64,000 nt of DNA, taken from positions 6,944,001 to 7,008,000 of the forward strand of contig CM069160.1 in the NCBI GenBank assembly GCA_035221665.1. Reading direction: 5' to 3'. The DNA comes from Okamejei kenojei (lineage: Eukaryota). The notes below the pieces were generated by a model, which saw only the letters and a list, made by a program, of their open reading frames with translations, did no database searches and was not told the origin of the DNA. How positions within the stretch are numbered: position 1 is the first letter of the stretch; each line of letters opens with the position of its first letter. This document shows, piece after piece, positions 22,105-35,800 of this stretch. Both the position numbers and the translations under genes were made by a program.

Positions 22105-24490
22105 TACAATAGTTGCAGGGGTAGGCCATTCGGCCCTTCGAGCAAGCGCCGCCATTCACTGTGATCATGGCTGATCATCCACAATCAGTACCCCATTCCT
22201 GCCTTTTCCTCATTTCCCTTGACTCCACTATCTTTAAGAGCTCTATTTAACTCTCTCTTGAATACATCCAAAGTTGGTCTTTACTGCCTTCTGAGGCACA
22301 GAATTCCACAAATTCACAACTCTCTGGGTGAAAAACCTTGTCCTCATATCCGTACCGCAAGGCTCAGTGCTGGGACCCAGCTATTTACAATATATATTGA
22401 GGATTTGGACGAGGGAATTGAATGCAACATCTCCAAGTTTGCGGATGACACGAAGCTGGGGGGCAGTGTTAGCTGTGAGGAGGATGCTAAGAGGCTGCGA
22501 GGTGACTTGGATAGGCTTGGTGAGTGGGAAATTGCATGGCAAATGCAGTATAATGAGGATAAATGAGAGGTGGCAAGAACAGGAAAGTAGACCATTATTT
22601 GAATGGTGGCCATTTAGGAAAAGGGGAGATGCAACGAGACCTGGGTGTCATGGTGCACCAGTCATTGAAAGCAGGCATGCAGGTGCAGCAGGCAATGAAG
22701 AAAGCGAATGGTGCGTTCATAGCGAGAGGAGTTGAGTATAGGAGCAGGGAGGATCAGCTTGAGTTGTACAGGGCCTTGGTGAGACCACACCTGGAGTATT
22801 GCGTACAGTCTTGGTCTCCGAATCTGAGCAAAGACATCCTTGCCATAGAGGGAGTACAGAGAACGTTCACCAGACTGATTCCTGGGATGGCAGGACTTTC
22901 ATATGAAGAAATAATAGATAGACTCGGCTTGTACTCGCTAGAATTTAGAAGATTGAGAGGGGATCATAGAAACTTACAAAATTCTTAAGGGGTTGGACAG
23001 GCTAGATGCAGGAAGATTGTTTCCGATGTTGGGGAAGTACAGAACACGGGGTCACATTTTAAGGGTAAGGGGGAAGTCTTTTAGGACCGAGATGAGAAAA
23101 ACACTTTTCACACAGTGAGTGGTGAATCTGTGGAATTCTCTACCACAGAAGTAGTTGAGGCCAGTTCAATGGCTATATTTAAGAGGGAGTTAGATGTGGC
23201 CATTGTGGCTAAAGGGATCAGGGGGTACGGAGAGAAGGCAGGTACAGGATACTGAGTTGGATGACCAGCCATGATCATATTGAATGGCGGTGCAGGCTCG
23301 AAGGGTCGAATGGCCTACTCCTGCACCTATTTTCTATGTTTCTAAGTTTCTATGTTTAAATGGCCTACACCTTATTCTTAAACTGTGGCCCCTGGTTCTA
23401 GACTCCCCAAATATCGGGAACATGTTTCCAGCCTCCAGTGTGTCCAATCCCTAAATAATCTTAAATGTTTCAATAAGATCCCCTCATCCTTCTAAACTCC
23501 AGTGTATACAAGCCCAGTCGCTCCATTCTGTCAACAAATGACAGTCCCGCCATCCTGGGAATAAACGTCGTGAACCGACGCTGCACTCCCTCAATAGCAA
23601 AAATGTCCTTCCTCAAATTTGGAGACAGAAACTGCACACAGTACTCCAGGTGTGGTCTCACTAGGGCCCTGTACAACTGCAGAAGGGCCTCTTTGCTCCT
23701 ATTTTCAAATCCTCTTGTTATGAAGGCCAACATGCCATTAGCTTTCTTCACTGCCTGCTGTACCTGCATGCTTACTTTCATAGACTGATGAACAATAACC
23801 CCCAAGATCCCCTTTTCCTAACTTGACGCCATTCAGATAATAATCTGCCTTCCAGTTCTTGCCACCAAAGTGGATAAGCTCATATTTATCCACATTAAAC
23901 TGCATCTGCCATGCATCTGCCCACTCAACCAACCTGTCCAAGTCATCCTGCATCCTCACAGTTCACACTGTCACCCAGCTTTGTGTCATCTGCAAATGTG
24001 CTATTGTTACTTTTAATCCCTTCATGTAAGTCATTATTGTATATTGTAAGCATTAAATGTTGCGGTACCCCACTAGTCACTGCATTCCATTATGAAAGTG
24101 ACCCTTTAATCCCTACACTTTGTTGCCTGTCTGCCAACCAATTTACTATCCATGCCAGTACCCTACCCTCAATAACATGTGCTCTAATTTTGCCCACTAA
24201 TCTCCTATGTGGGACCTTGTCAAAGGCTTTCTGAACGTCCAGGAAAGTCCAATAGCTGCCGTTTGTCCATGTTCCTTGTTACATCCTCAGAAAATTCCAG
24301 AGCATAGGTCAAGCTTGATTTACCCTTCGTAAATCCACGCTGACTCGGACCGATCCTGTTACTGCTATCCAAATGTGCCGCTATTTCATCTTTTATAATT
24401 GACTCCAGCATCTTGCCCACCACCAATGTCAGGCTAACTGGTCTATAATTCACTGTTTTCTCTCTCCCGCCTTTCCTAAAAAGTGGGATA
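22105..24490 (-). mobile_element. CR1 3' half, interrupted by an opposite-orientation CR1
   Basis: RT peptides at 23470-24490. The 3' end at 22105-22350 continues at about 23357. Confidence 0.85.
22351..23356 (+). mobile_element. 5'-truncated CR1 nested in a CR1
   Basis: [30 protein letters not shown]; 3' tail (TTTCTATG)n. Confidence 0.88.
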
Positions 24491-25071
24491 ACCGAGGACC
24501 AGCCCGGAAGAGCCGGCCTACGAACGGGAACCCAGTTGGAGGGCCGGTGTGCAGCACGCCTCGACGGGGGGGAATGCGCCACTGGAGGACCTGCACAAGA
24601 GCCGAGCACGTGGACCAAACGCGGTGGAGCAGCGGTGGAGGACACCACGGCTACACTTGGCCAGTTCACGGTCAGATTGTAGATACGGTGCTGGTGTACA
24701 GCAGTAGTATAGTGAGACAGAATACAAAGTTGCCAGTTTGGCACCATGTTCAATCCCAGTTGTTGTAAGTGCAGGGACCTTGATGACCGTGAAGACCCGT
24801 TGTCCTGGCGGCGTTGCAGGGTCGGCCTGGCGAAGTGTAGCCTTGGTGCCCTCCACCGCTGTTCCGTCGCGTCTGGTCCAATGCTCGGCCTCTTGGAGCG
24901 GCGCCAGGTCCAGCAGAGCCCCAGGCAGCTGCAGGGCCTCCAGCCGCCCACTCCCACGTCGAGGCCGTGAACTCACTCCCGCAGCCGGTCTGCTCACCGG
25001 CCCTCCAGCTGGGTTCCCGTAGGTCCTCGACACATGGCGGGTGAGCCGGGTCTTCCGGGCTGATTCTCGGT

Positions 25072-26535
25072 TATCACACTTTTTAAGAAAGGCGGGAGAG
25101 CGAAAACAGGGAATTATAGACCAGTCAGCCTGACATTGGTGATGGGGAAGATGCTGGAGTCAATCATAACATATGAAATAGCGGCACATTTGGATAGCAG
25201 TAACAGGATCGGTCCGAGTCAGCATGGATTTACGAAGGGGACATCATGCTTGATTAATCTTCTGGAATTTACTGAGGATGCAACTAGGAAAATGGATAAG
25301 GGAGAGCTAGTGCATGTAGTGTATGTGGACTTTCACAACGCCTTATATAGGGTCCCACATAGGAGATTAGAGGGCAAAATTAGAGCATTTGGTATTGGGG
25401 TTAGAGTGCTGACATGGATCGAAAATTGGTTGGCAGACAGGAAGCAAAGAGTGGGGACTAACGGATCCCTTTCAGAATGGCAGGCAGTGACTAGTGGGGT
25501 ACCGCAAGGCTCCGTGCTGGGACCGCAGATACTTACACAATATACATTCGTGATTTCGATGCAGGGATTCAAAGTAACAATTAACAAATTTCTAGATAAC
25601 ACAAAGCTGGGTGGCAGTGTGAACTCTGAGGAGGATGCTATGGGGATGCAGGATGACTTGGACAGGTTGGGTGAGTGGGAAGATGCATGGCATAAGCAGT
25701 TTAATGTGGATAAATGTGAGGTTATCCACTTTAGTGGAAGAACAGGAAGGCAGATTATTATCTGAATGGTGCCAAGTTATGAAAAGGGGAAGTACAGCGA
25801 GATCTGGGCGGGTGGGGTGGGGGTGGGGGGGGGGGGGGTCCTTGTTCTTCAGTCAATGAAAGTGTGCATGCTGCTACAACAGGCAGTGAATAAAGCTAAC
25901 AGCATTTTGGCCGTCATAACAAGAGGAGTTGAGTATAGGAGCAAAGAGGTCCTTCTGCAAAGAGGGCTCTAGTGAGACCACACCTGGATATTGTGTGCAG
26001 TTTTGGTCCCCTAATTTGAGGAATGTCACTCCTGCTATCGAGGGCGTGCAGCGTAGCTTCACGACGTTTATACCTGGGATGGCGGGGCTGTCATATGTTG
26101 AATGAATGTAGCGAGTGGGCTTGTATACACTGGAGTTTAGAAGGGCGAGAGAGAATCTTATTGAAACATATTCGATTATTTAGGGAACTGACACGCTGGA
26201 GGCAGGAAACATGTTCCCGATGATGGGGGAGTCCAGAACCAAGGACCAGAGTCCAAGAATAAGGGGTAGGCCATTTAGAACGGAGATGAGGACAAGCTTT
26301 TTCACCCAGAGAGTTGTGAATCTGTGGAATTCTCAGCCTCAGAAGGCAGTGAAGACTAATTCTCTGGATGCTTTCAAGAGAGAGTTAGAAAGAGCTCTTA
26401 AAGATAGTGGAGTCAAGGGATATGGGGAGAAGGCAGGAACGGGGTACTGATTGTGGATGATCAGCCATAATCACAGTGCATGGTGGTGCAGGCTCGAAGG
26501 GCCGAATGGCCGACTCTTGCAACTATTGTCTATTG
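25072..26535 (+). mobile_element. CR1 3' half in the inverted copy of the duplicated block
   Basis: ORFs 25136-25765 and 26211-26450 ([28 protein letters not shown]). Confidence 0.88.
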
Positions 26536-26779
26536 TCTAACATGCTGGTTTAAACCGAAGTTAGTCACAAATTGCTGGAGTAAATCAACGGACAGGCAGC
26601 ATCTCACGGAAATGGACCCATTCCTTTTCTCCAGAGATGCTGCCTGTCCCGCGGAGTTACTCCAGAATATGGTGTCCATGGTGTTCTGCATTCAGTCCAC
26701 TGCGGACTGAATAGAAGGGGTGCGCGCTGCCTTTAGGCGGCGGCAGCAGCAGCGACGGGGTTATCCAGAGACATAAACG

Positions 26780-26912
26780 CAACCTGTACAGCCTTGCTCT
26801 ACCCAGCAACTGCTGACTCACAGCCGCACTCTGCTCCCATTGGCCAGCGCCACGGCTGGCAGCCCCGCCCCGCTGCAGCTTCGCAGCGAAGGTGAAACCG
26901 GTGGAAATCCCC
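26780..26912 (+). promoter_or_regulatory. SXY / GC-box / ISRE-like / kB module, copy 4 (intact; inverted relative to copies 1-3)
   Basis: S CAACCT 26780-85; 16 nt; X1 CCCAGCAACTGC 26802-13; X2 TGACTCA 26814-20; 18 nt; Y ATTGG 26839-43; GC box CCCCGCCCC 26863-71; GAAGGTGAAACC 26888-99; kB GGAAATCCCC 26903-12. Confidence 0.75.
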
Positions 26913-27154
26913 TGGTAGCGTGGGGGAGGGGTGAGGGGGAGGGGAGAGGGGGAGGGGAGAGGGGGAGGGGAGGGGGAGGGGAGAGGGGGAGGGGAGAGGG
27001 GAGAGGGGGAGAGGAGAGGGGGGGGAGGGGAGAGGGGGAGTGGGAGAGCGGGAGGGGAGAGGGGGAAGGGGAGGGGAGAGCGGGAGGGGAGGGGAAGTGG
27101 AGAGAGGGACAGAGGGGTGAGGGAGAGCGAGAGAGGGGAAAGACTGATAAGGGG

Positions 27155-28300
27155 AGACAATAGACAATAGGAGTAGGCCATTCGGCCATTCTAGCCACCA
27201 CCGCCAATCAATGTGATAATGGCTGATCATGCCAATCAGTACTCCGTTCATGCCTTCTCCCCGTATTCCCTGACTCCGCTATCTTTAAGAGCCCTAACAG
27301 GCTCTCTCTTGAAAGTAGGCAAGGAACCGTCCTCCACCGCCCTCTGAGGCAGAGAATTCCACACACTCACAACTCTCTGTGTGAAAAGGTGTTTCATCGT
27401 CTCCGTTCTAACTGGCTTACCCCTTATTCTTAAACTGTTGCTCGTGGTTCTGGACTCCCCCAACATCGGAAACATGTTTCCTGCCTCTAGCATCTCCAAA
27501 CCCTTAATAATCTTATGTGTTCTATAAGATTCTCTCTCATGCTTCTAAAATCCAGAGTACACAAGCCCAGCCGCTCCATTCTCTCAGCATATTACTGTCC
27601 CACCATCCCGGGAACTAATCTTGTAAACCTACGCTGCACTCCGTCAATAGCAAGAATGTCCTTCCTGAAATTAGGCGACCAAATCTAAACACAATACTCC
27701 AGGTGTGCTCTCACTAGGACCCTGTATAACTGCAGAAGGTTCTCTTTGTTCCTATACTCAACTCGTCTTGTTATGAAGGCCAACATGCCATTCCCTTTCC
27801 TCACTGCCTGCTGTACCTGCATGCTTACTTTCATTGACTGATGAACAAGGACCCCCAGATCCCGTTGTACTTCCCCTTTTCCCAACTTGACACCATTTAG
27901 ACAATAATCTGCCTTCCTGTTTTTGCTACCAAAGTGGATAACCTCATATTTATCCACATTAAATTTCATCTGCCTTGCATCTGCCCACTCACCCAACCTG
28001 TCCAAGTCACCCTGCATTCTCATGGCATCCTCCTCATAGCTCACACTGCCACCCAGGTTTGTTACTTTTAATCCCCTCATCTAAATTATTAATGTATATT
28101 GTAAATATCTGCGGTCCCAGCACCGAGCCTTGCGGTACTGCACTAGTCACTGCGTGCCATTCTGAAAGGGACCCGTTAATCCCTATTCATTGTTTCGTGT
28201 CTGCCAACCAATGTTCTATCCATGTCAACACTGCCCCCAATACCATGTGCTCAAATTTTGCCCAGTAACCTCCCATGAGGGACCTTATCAAATGCTTTCA
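27155..28300 (-). mobile_element. CR1 3' half
   Basis: ORFs 27685-28080 and 27248-27499; tail (AGACAAT)n on the + strand. Confidence 0.88.
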
Positions 28301-28322
28301 AAAGGGGGAGAGGTGAAGAGGG

Positions 28323-28455
28323 NNNNNNNNNNNNNNNNNNNNNNNNNNNNNNNNNNNNNNNNNNNNNNNNNNNNNNNNNNNNNNNNNNNNNNNNNNNNNN
28401 NNNNNNNNNNNNNNNNNNNNNNNNNNNNNNNNNNNNNNNNNNNNNNNNNNNNNNN
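28323..28455. other. Assembly gap
   Basis: N run. Confidence 1.
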
Positions 28456-29818
28456 TGGGGAGGGGGTCCGGGCGTAGGTGAAGAGAGGCAGAGGGGGACA
28501 TAAACGAGGGATAGGGCTAGAGGGAGGGGCGTGACGGGGCTATAGGTGGGACGGAGGGGGAGGAGTGGGGGGACGATGCGAAAGGGGGAGTCCATGTCGC
28601 GGGAAGAGAGGTGGTTGGGGGTGGAGGAGGGTTGGTTGAGGGAGGAGGGGTGGTTGAGGGGGAGGGGTGTTTGAGGCGGAGGGGTGGTTAAGTCGGGAGG
28701 AGTGGTTGAGGTGGTTGAGAAGGGGGGGTGGTTGACGGGGAATTAGCGCTGGGAAGAAACTGTCTCTAGAAGGGTCTCTAATCGAAATGTCATCTATTCC
28801 TTTGCTCATTGATGCTGCCTCACCCGCTGAGTTTCTCCAGCATATTTATCTACCTTCCGATCTGGGGGAGTGTGTTTTCACACTTCTACATCATTTGCCT
28901 GAATGGCGAGGGGAGAAGGGAAGAGGGCAAATGGCAAATGGTGCCTAGGTAGACCCGTTGGCGGCGAGGGTAGGTGTAAGCTGAAGACGGGTGTGTGAGA
29001 GGCAGTTGCAGTGACGGGATTAGAATGAAGCCGGAGGGAGGTCTGGGTCCATCCTCATCCCGGGGTGTGAACGGAAGTGCCGGCGGCTGGTTCCACTTCC
29101 CAACAGAAAGAAGTCAGTTACACCCGAGGCCTCGTTAGCGCCGGCCTTGTCCCTTCCTCACAGAGTCATAGAGTCCACTGCACGGAAACAGGCCTTTCGG
29201 CCCAACTTGCACATGCCGACAAAGATGCCCCATCTGCACAAATCCCACTAGTCCGCGTTTGGCCTATATCCCTCTATTATTTCCCATTCACGAACCTGTC
29301 CCAACGGCGTTTAAATGCAGTTATAGTTCCGAACTCAGCTTCCTCCTCTAGTAATTTGTTTCATACACCCACCATCTTCGATGTGAAAAGTTACCCCTCG
29401 GATATCCAATAAAACTTAAACATAGGTCCTGTGGTTCTTGATTCCCATAAACCGGCTGGGTAAAAATAGTCTGTGCATTCACCCCATCTAATTCCCTCAT
29501 GATCGTATACACATCTATGAGATTACCCCGCAGCCTCCTGCGCTCCAAGGAATGAAGTCCTACCCTGCCCAACCTCTCCCTCGAGGTCGTGACCTGGAGT
29601 CCTGGTAACATCCTCGTAAATCTTTCCTTCTCTCTTTCCAGCTATCTGTTCTGCCTTCGACTGCCGCAAGCCCTATTCAGGGCTGTTTAATATCTAACTG
29701 ATCCCTCCCTCGTGTGAGATTAATTGGAAGCGGGTGCAGTAGACACTCGCGATACTGCACGGGTTCAGCAGTTGCGCGAAAGGAAATGCGTTTTGAACCA
29801 GGATGTGGCGGAGATATA

Positions 29819-32800
29819 ATGGCTTCGAAAGAGCATGTCGACAGTTTAACCGAGGAGATAATTTGTCACCTCTGCCTGGATTTCTTCACCGATCCGGTGT
29901 CACTAGAGTGTGAGCACAACTTCTGCCGCTCCTGTATCACACAGAGTTGGGACAAGGAGGGGAGAAACTCCTGCCCGGAATGTAGAGAGGAGTTTACAGA
30001 CCGCACCCTCAGGGTGAATCGGGCCCTGGCGAGACTGTCTGAGAAATTTCGAACACTGAGCCTGAATCGGACAGAGAAGGAAAGTAAACTTCAGTGCGAG
30101 GAACATCAGGAAGAAGTGAAGCTGTTTTGTGAAACTGACAAGAAGCTGATCTGTGTGGTTTGTGCAGCTGGGCGGGAGCACAAGTCTCACAGCTTGATGC
30201 CGGTTGAAGAAGCTGTCGAAACCTACAAGGTAAAAGCAAGCCGATTTTTGATCGAATCATTGTTTAATCCTGTCTTTATCATCTAACACTTTCATTCTCT
30301 GATTCCCAAACACAATCCCAGGATCAGGTTAAAGATTCCATCGAATTTCTAAAAATAAACAAATCAGTGATCCAACAAATGGAGCAGCAACAGAAACAGA
30401 AGATTTCTAAAGTTCTGGTGAGGCTTTCCAGTTTCGATTTCCTGATCTTTTGTAGATTTGATCCGTGCGATGTGTGTAATAATAGGGCAGCGCAGTGACA
30501 CAAGTAGTTCTCGTGAGCGGGTTCGATCCTGACCTCGGGTGTTGCCCGTGTGGTTCACGCCTTCTCTCTGTGACCGCATCGAACGCCTTCCAACCCCAAT
30601 ACATGCTGGTTCAAAGATCCTAGAAACATAGAACATAGTTGCAGGAGTAGGCTATTCGACCCTCCGAGCCAGCACCGCCATTCAATATAATCATGGCTGA
30701 TCATCCAAAATCAGTACCCGTTCCTGCTTTTTCCCCATATCCCTTGATTCAATTGGTGCTAAGAACTAAATCTAACTCTGTCTTGAAAACATCCAGTGAA
30801 TTGACCTCCACTGCCTTCCGTGGCTGAGAATTCCACAAATTCATCACTCATCTCCGTTCATAAAGACCCACCACTTATTCTTAAATTGTGACCCCTGGTT
30901 CTGGATTCCCCCCCAACATCGGCAACATTTTTCCTGCATCTAGCTTGTCTAATGCCTTAAGAATTTAATGTTTCTCTAAGATACCCTCTCATCCTTCTAA
31001 ATTCCAACGAACACAAGCCCAGTCGACCCATTCCTTCATCATATGTCAGTCCCACCATCCTGGTAATTAACCTGATGAACCTACGCTGCACCCTCAAGAG
31101 CAAGAATGTCCTTCCCCAAATTAGGAGAAGAAAACTGCACATAATACTCCAGGTGTGGTCTCACCAGGGCGCTGTACAATTGCAGCAGGACATCCTTGCT
31201 CCTTGACCTCCTCGGGCAGTCACGGTGGCGCAGCGGTAGAGTTGCTGCCTTACAGCGAATGCAGCGCCGAATACCCAATCCTGACTACGGGTGCTGTCTG
31301 TACGGAGTTTGTACATTCTCCCCGTGACCTGCGTGGGTTTTCACCGAGATCTTCGGTTTCCTTCCACACTCCAAAGACGTACAGGTTTGTAGGTTAATTG
31401 GCTTGGTAAATGTAAATGTTGATTGGTTTGGTAAAACAGATTGTTTCCGTGCTGTATCTCTAAACTAAACTAAACTCAAATCCTCTCCCTATGAAGGCCA
31501 ACGCTATGATTAGCTTCCTTCACTGCATGCTTACATTCTGTGCCTGATGTACAAGTAAACCCAGGTCTCATTGCACCTTCCCTTTTCCTAATCTAACATC
31601 AATTGAATGTGAAAATGGTATTGACCCGAAACATCACCCATTCCCACTCTCCTGGGGTGGGGGGGGGGGGGGAACGAAGGGCAATGGGGACCGGGCGTGG
31701 GGGGAACTGTTGGGTGGGTGGTACAAAATGGTGAGCGGCGTGCTTTGTAACTTTGTCAGCGCCGTAGGTGATTGCTATTTGTATACATTGTGTTTGCAAG
31801 TAAATAATCCCACTGTGCATAGTCACATGTGACAATAACGTTTTCCTATTCTTATTATCCACATTGTACTGCATCTGTCATGCATCTGCCCACTCAGACA
31901 ACCTACGCGAGTCAGCCTGCAGCCTCATAGCATCCTCCTCGCAGCTTACACAGCCGCCCAGCTTTGTGTCATCCGCAAACGTGGAGATGTTACATTTAAT
32001 TCCCTCGTCAAAAAATATATTGTAAATTACTGGGGTCCAAACACTGAACATTGCGGCACCCCCAGATTCAATTGCCGACTGTAATTATCCCTGCAAAAGT
32101 GGGCGGTGGATGGATAAATGGAAAATAATGGGTACGTGAAAAGGAATAGGCAGCAGGGAATTGTATTGGGGGTAGAGGATTGATGGGTTATAAGATTACC
32201 CTCACGATATTTCAGAAGCATTTAGAGAATTGCCAATGCAAATATAATCTGTACCGAACAAATATAGAAAGATATAAACATAGAAAATAGGTGCAGGAGG
32301 AGGTCATTCGGCCCTTCGAGCCAGCACCGCCATTCATTGCGATCATGGCTGATCGTCCCCAATCAATAACCCGTGCCTCCCTTATCCCCATATCAATTGA
32401 TTCCACTAGCCCCCAGAGCTCTATCTAACTCTCTTAAATGTATCCAGTGATTTGGCATCCACTGCCATCTGTGGCAGGGAATTCCACAAATTCCCAACCC
32501 TCTGGGTGAAAAAGATTGTTCTCACCTTAGTCTTAAATGGCCTCCCCTTTATTCTAAGAATGTGGCCCCTGGTTCTGGACTCGCCCAACACTGCGAACAT
32601 TTTCCTGCATCTAGCTTGTCCAGTCCTTTTATAATTAGATATGTTTCTGTAAGATACCCCCGCATCCTTCTAAACGCCAGTGAATACAAGCCTAGTCTTT
32701 TCAATCTTTCCTAATATGACAGTCCCTCCATCCCAGGGATCAATCTCACGAACCTACGCTGTACTGCCACAATCACAAGGATGTCCTTCCTCAAATTAGG

Positions 32801-35800
32801 AGACCAAACCTTTACACAATACTCCAGATGTGGTCTTACCAGAACCCTATACAACTGCGGAAGAACCGCTTTATTCCTATACTGAAATCCTCTTGTTATG
32901 AAGGCCAACATTCCATTAGCTTTCTTCACTGCCTGCTGTACCTGCACGCCAACTTTCAGTGATGTGTGTACAAGGACACCCAGGTCTCGCTGTACCTCCC
33001 CCTTACTTAACCTAACCCCATTGAGATAATAATCTTCCCCCTTGTATTTGCCGCAAAAATGGATAACCTCACATGTATGTATGTTATACTGCATCTGCCT
33101 CGAATCTGCCCACTCACTCAACCTGTCCAGGTCACTCTGCAACCTCCTAACATCATCTTCACAGCTCACACTGCCACCCAGCTTTGTGTCATCCGCAAAC
33201 TTGCTTGTGTTGCTCCTAATTCCCTCTTCCAAATCATTAATATGTCACAGTCAAAGTCGTGAGGAAACACAATCAGTGACATTATATATTCATCTTCACC
33301 TTTCATTTCACAGGAACAGTCACTCAAACTTCAGTCCAAGGTTACATCCCAATTTGCTGAACAGCACAAGATTCTCACTGAGAAAGAGCAGCGCGCACTG
33401 GCAGATATCCGAGAGGAAGAGAATAATATTCTAAATACAATGGAGAATAATCTTGGAGGGATTCAAGAGAATTTAAAATATATTCAGGAGGAACTCCTAA
33501 AGTTGCAACAACAGATGGACCAAAAAGACAGTCTGGTGTTTCTGAAGGTGAGGGGTCACACTACAGTTTGGAGAAATGAAAGTGCGCAGTCACAAAATGG
33601 TGGGTGACATTTTAGAAATAAATGCTGCATTTACCAGTAATTCAGAACTGTGTAAATGTTCCCTCTGTTCAAGATGTTGTTGTTCCCAAACTAATTGTAT
33701 AATCCCGTATAGTCTATGGGATCTCAAGACTGCGTGGACGGAATGTAGAGAGGTGTTTATATTCTGTCGAGTTTAGAACAATGAAAGGTGATCCTATATC
33801 TGATCCCAAGGTCCACGATGGCAGTACATCTCTGGGATTCTCCAACCAAGAGACTCTGAGAGGTTTAACATGTTAGACGTATTTAAACCAGAGGGAAATT
33901 CGGGAAATTGTAATCGTAGGGAATGGGGCAAAGAGGAGGAGTTCAGTCCTCGGCTAGATAAGCCATGACCACATTGTGGGGATTAACATTGACATCTAGA
34001 ACGTGGCGCGCACATCAGATTGATTATCGCGGAACGGGCGAACCCTCACCGGGGGGCGCCGGAGGGGAGCGCTCCGTTCGCTGGCCCGCGGCAGCCTGAA
34101 GCCGCGGTTTGCGGAGCTCCAGCCGGCGCAGTGTCCGCAGCCTGGGATCCCTCGTTGGGGACCCGGGAGGAGAAGAGCTCCGACCGCCGGCCCGCGGCCA
34201 ACTTCTACCGCGAGCGCGGCGGGGACTTACCATCCTGAGCGGGGTCCCTAACCGGGGACCAATGGAGAGGAACTCCGACCGCCGGCCCTGCGGTCTGCGG
34301 TGTTTCTGGCTACGGCGCGGCGGGAACTTTAGATCTCCGACCGCCGGCCTGTAGCCTACACCAACCTGAAGCCGCGGTCTCCGGTGGGGAGGCATCGATT
34401 CAGGACTTATCTGGACCTACCTTGTCTACGCATCTGGAAGTCCGCAGCGGCGACTGCGGAGGGTTGAGGTCCCGACCACAGGGGAAATGGAGGAGGACTG
34501 ACCAAATGTTGTGCCATCCACCGCAGTGAGGTGGATATTTGGTGGATATTTGTGTAAATTTTTTATTGTGTTTTTGTGTGTTTTTTTTTCATTGTACCAC
34601 TGCTGGCACATTCATTTCACTTGCACTTTATGTGCAAGTGACGAATAAAACTGATTGTTTTATTGATTGATTGATTGATCTATATCCGGTTCCCATCAGC
34701 AGTGGGTGGTCACCATGGTGGAATTTGTCCACCTTGTTTCACCATTCTATATCATACACAGGCCATTCGGCCCATCCTATCCAGTCAAGTTTTCTGCTCC
34801 ACTCATCATCCCTTCCATCTACCCTCCACACCCGCTAACAATACCACGAATTCCAGCAGCCCTAATGTGTTTATCCCGCTCTCACTTAAAATTATCTCTG
34901 CTGTTGGCTTCAGTCCCCCCAATGCAAGTGAGGTCCATGTTCTCATGACTGCATTCCTTTCGGTTTGTGTTGAATACCATGCCACATTTCAGCTTTGATT
35001 TTTGGGTTCCCCACATGTACATATATTATTTCACCCCCAGCCATTTAAGTCCACTGATAATCTTAAATCCTATCTCATCATTCCTGACATGTTCGCCAGA
35101 TAAATTCCCAGGACCTGCCCAGTCATTGCATTGAGTTCTGTGCAAGAAGGAACTGTAGATGTTGGTTTAAACCGAAGATAGACACAATAAGCTGTAGTAA
35201 CTCAGCGGGACAAGCAGCATCTCTGGAGAGAAAGAATGGCTGATGTTTCGGGTCGAGATCCGAAGTCTGAAGAATGATCTTGACCCGAAAAGTCACCCCC
35301 TCCTTCTCACAAGAGATGGTGCCTGTCCCGCTGAGTTACTCCAGCTTTTTGTGTCTTTCTTTGCATGGAGTTCCGTCCTCTCAGTTATGGCGTCATTCTC
35401 GTGAACATTCCACGTGTTTTCCCCCATCGTCCTACATTTCTGCGGCAATATCCGCTTTCTATCTACATGACAGCAGCGATAAGAGTTGGGAAATGGGAAT
35501 TATCACAATGTTATAGGAATTTGCTGAAATTCCCGCTGTCGGGATGAGGACGGTCTATCTCAGTCAATTGAAATTTGTGTTTTATTTCTTTCAGGAGGAA
35601 GCTAGTCGCAAGCAAAGGTAGGACAACCTCTTGATGGAAACATTGTAAGGCTTTGTTGAGCAGCCGAAAAAATGTCTAAAACTCAGTTTATAACTTGCTG
35701 TTAAATATTTGCAGGGTTCGTGACGAAGCCAAACCACTGTCGGTGGTAGATGATAACTTGCTGATTGAAAAATTTGAAAATCCTTTTTTGTACAACACGG

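Noticed and set aside
29714-29818. N-terminal extension of the TRIM ORF in the ORF track
   Set aside because: It starts at GTG and crosses a plausible splice acceptor (29800-29801); [13 protein letters not shown] at 29819 is the family-typical start.
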